DNA of 32,000 nucleotides from Candidatus Hadarchaeota archaeon (GTDB taxonomy: Archaea > Hadarchaeota > Hadarchaeia > Hadarchaeales > Hadarchaeaceae). Under the pieces are notes generated by a model, which was not told the DNA's origin, did not search any database, and saw only the letters and a program-made list of their open reading frames with translations. The DNA is taken from the NCBI GenBank assembly GCA_964514965.1, contig CAZETV010000001.1, positions 330,001 to 362,000 on the forward strand, given 5' to 3'. The translations under genes were made by a program, and so were the position numbers. Below, piece after piece: positions 18,400-26,817 of the stretch. The number at the start of each line of letters is the position of its first letter. The first letter of the stretch is position 1.

Positions 18400-20562
18400 A
18401 TGTGGTGCAGGATGATGGAAAAGCAAACGCTCGTAAGGCGTAGGGGAGATTTTGAAGAAAAGTTTGATGATTCTAAACTAGGCGTATCGGAAGAAAAATG
18501 GAAGAAATTTTTGGAAAAGTACCCGAGAGATAAGCTCAGCGAATTGGAGATTGACGATTATGTGGAAGGTAAAAGAAAAGAGAGTTTCTGTTGGTGGCTT
18601 GAACATGGGACTAGAAAACTCGGAAGCATGTGGGGTGGGTCAGCGGAAAAGTTTGGGATATATTACAAAAAAGAGCAGGGTAGATACTGGTTTGACAAGT
18701 CAAGGTTTAGGGACGAGAAAGAAGCGTTTTCTAAAGTGAAGGAAGATATCCTAAAATTATTGGACTTCGCTGAGAGGGGAGAATTTGAGAAGGTAGATAG
18801 AGAAATAAATACGATTTGGCCAGTAATGAAGTCAAAAATTATTTCAATGTACTTTCCAGGTAAGATTGTTAATGTACACTCGAGACGAAACATCAAAAAA
18901 ATATCGAATAGATTAGGAGTCGAGTACACCGGACCGATTAAGACAAGCGCAGAGATATTAACTGAGTTGAAAAACAGCGGAGTATTCGATGATTGGAAAG
19001 AAAAATTAACTGCATTTCAATTTGATCAAAAACTAGGCAATTTCGTTTGGAAGAAAGTTCTTAACGAAAATGAACCTGTGGAAGAAAGAAAACCGCCTAA
19101 GGTATGGCTTGAAAAAACATTGGTTTCAGGTAGACCTGATAGAGAATCTGGCCCTTATGCTTTAGGAGAAGCATTATGGTCTCCTCAAACGGATAAACGA
19201 GGTGCCGATATTTATGGAAATATGCGAAAATTGAGCATAGGTGACCAGGTTCTACACCTAGTAGATAATGATCAGATCATTGGGATTTCTAAAGTAAAAT
19301 CCGACCTAATTACTGATTTTCATTGCTTGCCCAGAACCGAGTGGGACGATGGAACTGGAAAGCGGCCGGGATACCTTCGTGAACTAGAGGACTTCAAACG
19401 ATTTGATAACCCTATTCATACATACTCCCAAATTTTAAAAAATGACAAATACAAAGAACTGCTAAAAAATCTATTGAACGGAGGGCACGATCTCTTTTAT
19501 ACAAGCGACCTTAAATTGAGGGAAGGAGCCTATCTAACGGAAGTTCCAGGGGAATTAATGCGAATATTGAGTGAAGAATCTGAGAAACCCACAATTGCGA
19601 TCCAACCTCTGGACCTTCAGCCGACTCTCATTAAAACAAAACTCAAGCTTACTCCAGATGTTCTAGGTCAAGTCTGTGCGAGTTTGAATGCGAGCAGCCA
19701 CGTAATTATAACCGGTCCAGTTGGAACTGGCAAGACCTCATTAGCTGAGGACATATGTCGAGCTGCAACAGAGAACAAGTTCTGCTATGGGTATGTCCTT
19801 ACAACCGCGACATCCGACTGGACCACGTTTGACACGATTGGTGGTTACATGCCGATAGAGGAAGGCAAGTTGAAATTTGAAGAAGGAAAGTTTCTCGATG
19901 CCATTCGAAGGAATAAATGGTTGGTTATAGATGAAATTAACAGGGCCGACATTGACAAGGCCTTCGGACAGTTATTCACAGTTCTCTCTGGACAAAGAGT
20001 TGAATTGCCTTTTAAACATTTCAATGGAAAAGGCATTTCTATTGAAACAACAAACGAGGAAAAAAGCTACTTTGAAGAAATTGCAACTTACAAAGTCGGT
20101 AGAAACTGGAGGATAATTGCCACGATGAACGTTTACGATATGAATTTCTTATTTGAGATGTCATACGCATTCATGAGAAGATTCGCCTTTGTCTACCTAA
20201 ATGTCCCAGAACCCGAGGAGTTTAGAAATTTAATTTCCGAATGGTGCAAGGGAAAGGGGATTTCGGACAAGACCACGGAAAAACTGGAGAAGCTGACAGA
20301 GTTCAAGGAGAGAAAAATTGGTCCCGCGATAATCAAGGATATGATAAACTATATCAAGCATAGAGGGGAGGGAGAAACTCAACTTGCAGAAGCTACCATT
20401 GCATATATTTTGCCCCAACTTGAGGGCATAGAAAAAGAAAGAATTGAAAATGCTTGGAAATACATCGGTAATATTTTTGATGAAAAGGACACCCCGAATA
20501 AGGTAATAAGACCTATATTAAATGAGATGACTGGCCTTGAACTAAAGGAAATTACTGAATAA
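18400..20562 (+). CDS. McrB-like AAA+ GTPase with N-terminal region including an EVE/PUA-like domain
   Basis: Walker A GPVGTGKTS (19714-19738 region), Walker B LVIDEINRADIDKAFGQLFTVLSG, sensor region IIATMNVYDMNFLFEMSYAFMRRFAF. EVE-like GEALWSPQTDKRGADIYGNMRKLSIGDQVLHLVDNDQIIGISKV. True start may be the ATG at 18415. Confidence 0.88.
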   Translation: MWCRMMEKQTLVRRRGDFEEKFDDSKLGVSEEKWKKFLEKYPRDKLSELEIDDYVEGKRKESFCWWLEHGTRKLGSMWGGSAEKFGIYYKKEQGRYWFDKSRFRDEKEAFSKVKEDILKLLDFAERGEFEKVDREINTIWPVMKSKIISMYFPGKIVNVHSRRNIKKISNRLGVEYTGPIKTSAEILTELKNSGVFDDWKEKLTAFQFDQKLGNFVWKKVLNENEPVEERKPPKVWLEKTLVSGRPDRESGPYALGEALWSPQTDKRGADIYGNMRKLSIGDQVLHLVDNDQIIGISKVKSDLITDFHCLPRTEWDDGTGKRPGYLRELEDFKRFDNPIHTYSQILKNDKYKELLKNLLNGGHDLFYTSDLKLREGAYLTEVPGELMRILSEESEKPTIAIQPLDLQPTLIKTKLKLTPDVLGQVCASLNASSHVIITGPVGTGKTSLAEDICRAATENKFCYGYVLTTATSDWTTFDTIGGYMPIEEGKLKFEEGKFLDAIRRNKWLVIDEINRADIDKAFGQLFTVLSGQRVELPFKHFNGKGISIETTNEEKSYFEEIATYKVGRNWRIIATMNVYDMNFLFEMSYAFMRRFAFVYLNVPEPEEFRNLISEWCKGKGISDKTTEKLEKLTEFKERKIGPAIIKDMINYIKHRGEGETQLAEATIAYILPQLEGIEKERIENAWKYIGNIFDEKDTPNKVIRPILNEMTGLELKEITE

Positions 20563-20575
20563 AAAAGGGATAACG

Positions 20576-21835
20576 ATGGTTAGCGATTGCTGGTCAGATG
20601 AAGATTATCAACATGTTTTGGGTCAGGTAAAACACTATCTTTGGTTATACGTTCATGAAGGTGCAAGTATTGAAGAACTTGAAAATGCTGTTCAAAACCT
20701 GACGAGGCTCGATGGAAAAGATTTGGACTATCTGTCTGTCGTGCACTTTCTTTTGAGCGACGAAGTCAAAATACTCATTGAGGCCATTTCAAGAATTCTC
20801 CGGAGGCTTTCACACTCGACGCAGACGGAAGTCGTTGCGAACAAGGGTTTTGTAAAAGGGAGGATAGATTGGAATCTAACGATAAAGGAGAGGTACGCTC
20901 AAGGATACAACCCAACTATTTTTGTGTGCAGGCCTCCTTCAAGGGTATACGATCTTCCTGAGAATCAGTTACTAAAATTTCTCCTTGTACATATGAAAAG
21001 GATGATAGAACAGACTGCGTCGCTTCAAAAAATAGAGGAAAAAGACATCAGATTAGAAGAGCTTAAAACAGAAGAAAGGGAAAAATGGACGGAAAGAGTA
21101 TCATGGCTTAAATTTCACATCAATAATGCACTAAAACATGTTTACCTGAGAGAGGTCAAGTTACCGGATCAAGTAAATGAACGGATGATAAGAAGGGCTA
21201 GATTGTCAAGAAACAAAGATTATGAAAATATTGTGAACAGTTATTCTTTACACCGGAAAATAGTTCAGAAATCAGATGCAAAAGCATTGAGAGAGCTCAT
21301 AGAAAGGAGGGTCCTAGAGCCCCTGGAAAAAGATACTTTGTATGAGTTGTATGTTCTATTTGAAGTCATGGACTCGCTGGGCAAACCTGAGGAGCTTAAT
21401 CTAGTAAGACCTGGAGCGAAATCGATAGGATCTTTTAAAATCAATGGGGCGACCATCCGGGTTCACTTTCAACGAGTTAGAGGATTATTCAAAGTGAGTA
21501 AGTACAAACAAATCTTCGATGATTATGAGTTGGATGTCAGTTCAAGACGTCCCGATATCATCCTTCAATTTGAGAAGGAACCTAAATTCATGATAATTGA
21601 AGTTAAACGGACGACAAATAGGGACTACATTGTGGATAGTGTTTACAAAGTTTTAGGGTATCTGGCTGATTTCGAAAAGTTTTTTACTCTAAAACAGAAG
21701 CCCAAAGGCGTGTTGGTCGTTTGGAATATTGAGCGAAAGAGAAAGACAGAGCAAGATGTATCTATTTTGGCTCATAATAAGATCGCAGGATTTATCAAAG
21801 AAACTGTCGATATGCGTGGAAGCACTTTTAGATGA
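20576..21835 (+). CDS. McrC-like protein, DUF2357-type region with PD-(D/E)XK nuclease
   Basis: GFVKGRIDWNLTIKERYAQGYNPTIFVCR...LPENQLLKFLL (DUF2357-like) and RRPDIILQFEKEPKFMIIEVKR nuclease core. Starts 13 nt after the McrB-like gene. Confidence 0.85.
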   Translation: MVSDCWSDEDYQHVLGQVKHYLWLYVHEGASIEELENAVQNLTRLDGKDLDYLSVVHFLLSDEVKILIEAISRILRRLSHSTQTEVVANKGFVKGRIDWNLTIKERYAQGYNPTIFVCRPPSRVYDLPENQLLKFLLVHMKRMIEQTASLQKIEEKDIRLEELKTEEREKWTERVSWLKFHINNALKHVYLREVKLPDQVNERMIRRARLSRNKDYENIVNSYSLHRKIVQKSDAKALRELIERRVLEPLEKDTLYELYVLFEVMDSLGKPEELNLVRPGAKSIGSFKINGATIRVHFQRVRGLFKVSKYKQIFDDYELDVSSRRPDIILQFEKEPKFMIIEVKRTTNRDYIVDSVYKVLGYLADFEKFFTLKQKPKGVLVVWNIERKRKTEQDVSILAHNKIAGFIKETVDMRGSTFR

Positions 21836-21947
21836 AGAATGATCCCTGATTGCTTAGGAAATAGCTGGGATTTACCTTGAGCGGGAGATCCTTGTTAGAT
21901 ATCGTAGCCTAGGATTTAGGGGTAGAAAAGACAAAGGTGAGAAATAT

Positions 21948-22142
21948 ATGCCTAGGTGCTCGGTCTGCGGGCGGGAGTTTCCGGAGAGCCAGCTGCGCCG
22001 CTGCTACGATTGTGGCAAGGCATACTGCCCTGAGTGCGCCGAGAAGAACCCTACGATAAAGGAACTTGACATCTGCCCGGACTACAAGGAGATCTTCGAG
22101 GCCGAGGAGGACTACTGGGGTTGGGAAGAAGAAGAGTGGTAG
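21948..22142 (+). CDS. Small Cys-rich zinc-finger protein with acidic tail
   Basis: MPRCSVCGREFPESQLRRCYDCGKAYCPECAEK... ending EAEEDYWGWEEEEW. Confidence 0.6.
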   Translation: MPRCSVCGREFPESQLRRCYDCGKAYCPECAEKNPTIKELDICPDYKEIFEAEEDYWGWEEEEW

Positions 22143-22223
22143 AGCTATACTTTTTCTTTACTCAGCCATCTAAAACGCCTTGACACAAAGTTGGAAAATC
22201 TAAATCTAACGAAAAATGTCAAA

Positions 22224-22976
22224 CTAGCCTATAAAATCGGCCAGAAACGTTGAACGGGGATACTCTTGAACAAAGAACCAGTATTCGAACAAACTGCTCT
22301 CCAATTGTTTGTAATTCTCAAATTCGCGCCCCATCTCCTCCCAAAAAGCTTTATCGTGACGCTTTTCCTTCAGGTGCAAAACTTCGTGACAAACCACGTA
22401 CCTAACGAGTTCCCTCGGCAGACAAATCAGCCAGAAGTTAAAGCTCAAATTTCCCTTGGACGAGCAGCTGGCCCATTTGGTTTTTTGTCTCTTTATGAAT
22501 ATTCTGTTGAACTCCACGCCAAATTTTTTGCTGTACTCCTCGGCCGCTGGCACAAGCTCACGAAGGAGTTTTTTCTTCAAGATGTTAACGAGCCGCCTGA
22601 GGTGATCCTGATCCCTTAAGTTGCATTCAATCCGCTTTTCATCAAAATCGATCTTTAGCGATCCATTTTCATGAACCTCAAAAAAATCCCCAAAAATGAA
22701 TAAACCTCTGCCGTTTTTCTTTTGATTTTTAATCTTCTCTATTGCTTTTTGGATTTCCTCATGTTTCTTGGATATCCAGTTCATCTTTCTCTCAAACAAG
22801 GGAGTTTCGTCTTTCCAGCTCTTCGGAAGGATTGCCATCAGTTCTCCAGTTTTAAATTCCAACCTAGGGTATCTTACATCTCTTCGCTCGACCTTGTATG
22901 GTAAGTCCGTCCCGTTCACTTGAATGGACTTACTAGAACCCTTTGAGACCCTTGATGATTTTTTCATATACCTCAT
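22224..22976 (-). CDS. YgjP-like (DUF45) zinc metallopeptidase
   Basis: VVCHEVLHLKEKRHDKAFWEEM (HExxH + downstream H). N-terminus overlaps the hsdR 3' end by up to 44 nt. Confidence 0.85.
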   Translation of the reverse strand: MRYMKKSSRVSKGSSKSIQVNGTDLPYKVERRDVRYPRLEFKTGELMAILPKSWKDETPLFERKMNWISKKHEEIQKAIEKIKNQKKNGRGLFIFGDFFEVHENGSLKIDFDEKRIECNLRDQDHLRRLVNILKKKLLRELVPAAEEYSKKFGVEFNRIFIKRQKTKWASCSSKGNLSFNFWLICLPRELVRYVVCHEVLHLKEKRHDKAFWEEMGREFENYKQLESSLFEYWFFVQEYPRSTFLADFIG

Positions 22977-25950
22977 TCCTCTCCTTTAGCGGCAACTTCT
23001 TCCTGAGGAATTTCCTGATCTCTCTGCCGACCTCCTTCAAAATTGTGGGTTTTTTGTTCCATCCCTTAAACAACTTTTCTGACTTTTCCAAACGCCCCCA
23101 TAGGGATTTTACTTCTCCAATCAGCTTTTCGGACTTCCCCATTTTTTCCTCCAATGCCACTAACAAGAAATATTCCGGCTCTGAGAGCTTCAACTCCTTC
23201 TGTCTTTTTTCCAGGTCCTGTGTCTCATGGACTATCTCAGACAACCGCTCGTATGCCTCTTTAACATCTATCTTCTTCTCCTTCCATTTCCTCACTATTC
23301 GCTCCACTTTCCTCGCTATCGGCTCATAGAGCAATTTCTGGGACCTATCGACCAAAACGTACTTGTTAAGCGCGAAGACCATGTCGTAGACTCTGTCGGT
23401 CATGCTCGAGTGAACTTTCCCAAGTTTGTCCAAATATTCATCATCCAGTTTCAGAACTGGAAACTCTTCTTTCATCTTTACATCCAATGTTTTATGAATG
23501 GTCTCAACGGTGCGGTTGAAATATTTCTTGAAGTATTCTTTAACTTTCTCCAGCTCTTCTCGATCCGGTCTAACGATCCACTTATCGCGGGAGTTATAGA
23601 CGGCCGTCAACCACTTGAATCTCTCGATGTCTCTTGATTCCAGATAGCGTGGACCAAGGAACTCGTAAATTCTCCGTAGCCTATCGTATTCCAAAAGGAA
23701 TTCCTTCTCAGCCTTGTCGTCGTGAAACAACATTTTAATTGCCGACTTCAGGGTTTCTCTATCGGTTCTCGTTCTATCCAGCCCTTTAAACAATTCCTCT
23801 GTTTCTTCTAACCGTTCCTTAAATTCCCTCACCTTTTCCTTCAAATCCACTGCGACGTACCTGATGTCTTGCTTCTGATAAATTGCCAACGCCTTTTCGA
23901 ATTCCTTGAGAATACCAATGTAGTCTATTATAAGCCCGGACTCTTTCACCCCCATGAAAGGCCTGTTGGTTCTAGCTATGGCTTGTAGCAGCCTGTGCTC
24001 TTTGAGGGGCTTATCGAGATACATCACTTCCAATATGGGTGCGTCAAAACCCGTAAGCAACATGTCTGTGACGATGAGAATTTTTGGATATTCCTCTTCT
24101 TTGAATTTCCTGATTATCTCTCTTCGAATCTCATCGATTTGCTTGTCCTGGTACCTTCCCCTTAGCTCTCGGTAGTAACGCATGATGAGTTCTGGATCGG
24201 TGTGCGGGTCGAATGTCATCACGACCTCCGTGTACTCGGGAGGTAGCAATCGGTCGAGCTTTTCCTTGTAGGTGATGCACGCTTCCCTGCACGCTGCCAC
24301 CACCATGCCCTTGAATTTCCCGTTGAGGTTCTCCTTAAAGTGGTTCGCGATATCTTCGGCTATGGTCTCTATCCTCCTCGGATTTTTGAGGAAGACCACT
24401 ACGTCGTTCAGCCTCCTGCTGATCCTCCGTTCAACTCTTTTCTGAAAATCTTCGGGTATTTCCTCCAGTTCTTGGGCGAGGAAATTTTCGAGCCGCTTTT
24501 TATTTAAACCTACTTTCTTCTCCATCCTCGTCTGGACGACTATGGGAAGAGTGAATCCATCCCTTATGGAATCCTCGATGAAGTATTTATGGAGGTAGAG
24601 TTCCTTCTGGCTGGGATAGCTGAAGGTGAGATAGGTATCCCTCTTCTTTTTCGTGAGAGGGGTTCCGGTGAAAGCAAAAAAGAACGCATTTATCAAAACA
24701 TCCCTCATTTGCTCGGCAAGTTTTCCGTACTGGGTCCTGTGTCCTTCGTCTATTATTGCGACCACGTTTTTCCTATTGGAAATTACTTCTTCCGATTCTT
24801 TTTCCAGTCCTAACGTCGAGAGGTCTTCTCTGAACTTATGTACAAGCGTGATGAAAATCCCCCTCTTCCCCCGGCACTCGTCATGGGTCAAAACTTCCTT
24901 CAGGTTTTTCACCGAGGAGATAACTTCGGGTTTGGCTATTCCTAGATCCAGATAAGAAAATTCGTCCCTCAGCTGCTCCTCCAGCTCATCCCGATCTACT
25001 ATGAGAAATATAGTTGGGTTCTCGAGTTTTGGGTGTCTGTAGAGCTTGTAAGTCGCGAAAATCATGGCGAGGGTTTTCCCAGACCCCTGCCAGTGCCAGA
25101 CCAGACCAGAATTCTTTTCTTCTTTTCCCTCCAAATTGCCTATCACCCGGTTGTAGATACGGTTTGCAGCATCGTACTGCATAAATCTGGGTAGGACCTT
25201 GGTAGACTTTCCGCGTTCCTCTCTCGCGAAAGTAAAGTTCACCAGTAGATCTGTTAGAGTGGATTTAGAGAGCATCTCAAGGGTCGCGTCCAGCTCATCC
25301 TCGAAGCCTTCCTCCCTCCAAAGATAAGTCTCCACATCTTTCAGGCCCAAGACATTCGGAAAATATCTGGCGGTTGCCTCGGCTGCGATGCTGAACTGCA
25401 CATACTTAAACAGTTCTGGAACGATATTTTCGTAATAATTTTTGATCTGTTTGTATGCTGTTTCCCAGCTGGCGCTAGGTTCGGTGGGGTTTTTGCACTC
25501 TATGGTCACGAGGGGTATCCCGTTGACGTAGAGAACTATATCTGGCCTTATCCTCCCGCGGGAACTCTCGAACCACACTTGGTTGCTGACCACGAACTCG
25601 TTGTTATCAGGATTTTTGCGATCGAGCAAGTCGATGTATTTCAGCTCTCTCGTGCGCTCCAACTTTATAGCTATGCCCTGTTTCAAAGACCTCAGGATAT
25701 GCTTGGACCCCTCAAAACTAGCCGGCTTGCTCTTGAGCTCGGCTAGAATCCGGTTCACGTCGCTTTCCGACAGCCCCAGATCCTCGTTTATCATTCTTAT
25801 GGCTCGAATAAAATCGTTAATGAGCAGGGGTTCAGCGTAATCTTCTCGCTCAAGCTCTTCCCCAGGGATGTATTTCCAACCCTTCCCCTTCAGCTTCTCG
25901 ATAATGTAATCCTCAACCGTGGATTTTTCTGTAAAAACTGGCATCCTCAT
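22933..25950 (-). CDS. hsdR: Type I restriction enzyme, R subunit
   Basis: Nuclease motif RPDIVLYVNGIPLVTIECKNP, Walker A WQGSGKTLAMIF, IIDEGHRTQYG, FFAFTGTPL, LLTGFDAPILEVMYLDKPLKEHRLLQAIARTNR. Confidence 0.95.
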   Translation of the reverse strand: MRMPVFTEKSTVEDYIIEKLKGKGWKYIPGEELEREDYAEPLLINDFIRAIRMINEDLGLSESDVNRILAELKSKPASFEGSKHILRSLKQGIAIKLERTRELKYIDLLDRKNPDNNEFVVSNQVWFESSRGRIRPDIVLYVNGIPLVTIECKNPTEPSASWETAYKQIKNYYENIVPELFKYVQFSIAAEATARYFPNVLGLKDVETYLWREEGFEDELDATLEMLSKSTLTDLLVNFTFAREERGKSTKVLPRFMQYDAANRIYNRVIGNLEGKEEKNSGLVWHWQGSGKTLAMIFATYKLYRHPKLENPTIFLIVDRDELEEQLRDEFSYLDLGIAKPEVISSVKNLKEVLTHDECRGKRGIFITLVHKFREDLSTLGLEKESEEVISNRKNVVAIIDEGHRTQYGKLAEQMRDVLINAFFFAFTGTPLTKKKRDTYLTFSYPSQKELYLHKYFIEDSIRDGFTLPIVVQTRMEKKVGLNKKRLENFLAQELEEIPEDFQKRVERRISRRLNDVVVFLKNPRRIETIAEDIANHFKENLNGKFKGMVVAACREACITYKEKLDRLLPPEYTEVVMTFDPHTDPELIMRYYRELRGRYQDKQIDEIRREIIRKFKEEEYPKILIVTDMLLTGFDAPILEVMYLDKPLKEHRLLQAIARTNRPFMGVKESGLIIDYIGILKEFEKALAIYQKQDIRYVAVDLKEKVREFKERLEETEELFKGLDRTRTDRETLKSAIKMLFHDDKAEKEFLLEYDRLRRIYEFLGPRYLESRDIERFKWLTAVYNSRDKWIVRPDREELEKVKEYFKKYFNRTVETIHKTLDVKMKEEFPVLKLDDEYLDKLGKVHSSMTDRVYDMVFALNKYVLVDRSQKLLYEPIARKVERIVRKWKEKKIDVKEAYERLSEIVHETQDLEKRQKELKLSEPEYFLLVALEEKMGKSEKLIGEVKSLWGRLEKSEKLFKGWNKKPTILKEVGREIRKFLRKKLPLKERNEVYEKIIKGLKGF

Positions 25951-25962
25951 CCTCCAGTTAGT

Positions 25963-26817
25963 TCACCCAAAACTCGGTTTTTCTGAAACATTTTTAGAAA
26001 ACAACTTGGACATTCTTTCCAAAACTCCTTTTGTTATCTGAGTCAGACGATCAAATTTTTTTATTATTGGATGTTCAACCGTGTAGACCATTAGCGGATT
26101 GTGTTCATACTCCGGATATGGATATCTTGAGGAAATCGCATGTGGACATGATATCAGGGATAAAAAGAGTAGATGGGTACTGCAAATTGCTTGAGGAATG
26201 CTAAAGGACACTATAAGCTCTTCTATTAATTCTGGAGTTAATGATTCAAACTTTTTCATTTCCCCCTTGATATTCTCGCGCAACTCTGGATGTTCCTCAG
26301 CAAGAGTATTTGCCACTTCTTGATAAAGAAATTTTAAGTTCTCTATTTCATTTTTATCAATCGTTATTTTTTGGCTTTCGATTTCTGCTTCTAAATTAAT
26401 TAATTCTGAGATCATCTTCTCTATTTCTTCATCGGAAATTTTGCGGTCAGAACGTTTAAGATAAGATTCGAATTTATCTAACATTTCGTCAAATTTTTCT
26501 GAACCTATATTCTCATATTCTTTGAATAGTGTGGTATGTTTCAATTTCGGAAGTTTTTTGATTCGTTCTTGAAACCTTTTAACTTTATTTTTTAGCCCTT
26601 CTACAACCTTGAGGTAAATTTCTAACGAATCATGACCAATTTCTTCTAAATCATCCTCACTAATTATGTTCTGATGTAACCCAAAAGATTTTGCGGCTTT
26701 CTCTACGGCTTGTTCTAAATAAAAAACCGCTTGTGGGTACAACTTTTTTTCAAATAAACACTTTGAGGCGTTTAGGTCACGTTCCGCAATGTCTAGAAGT
26801 ACACTTTTCGTGTTCAT
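25963..26817 (-). CDS. HEPN-domain-like protein
   Basis: N-terminal four-helix signature AERDLNASKCLFEKKLYPQAVFYLEQAVEKAAKSFGLHQNIISEDDLEEIGHDSLEIY. Stop is 12 nt before the hsdR start; start overlaps hsdS stop. Confidence 0.7.
   Translation of the reverse strand: MNTKSVLLDIAERDLNASKCLFEKKLYPQAVFYLEQAVEKAAKSFGLHQNIISEDDLEEIGHDSLEIYLKVVEGLKNKVKRFQERIKKLPKLKHTTLFKEYENIGSEKFDEMLDKFESYLKRSDRKISDEEIEKMISELINLEAEIESQKITIDKNEIENLKFLYQEVANTLAEEHPELRENIKGEMKKFESLTPELIEELIVSFSIPQAICSTHLLFLSLISCPHAISSRYPYPEYEHNPLMVYTVEHPIIKKFDRLTQITKGVLERMSKLFSKNVSEKPSFG

Noticed and set aside
23227-24175. + strand ORFs of 136 and 73 aa inside hsdR
   Set aside because: Antisense shadow ORFs of a well-supported HsdR.
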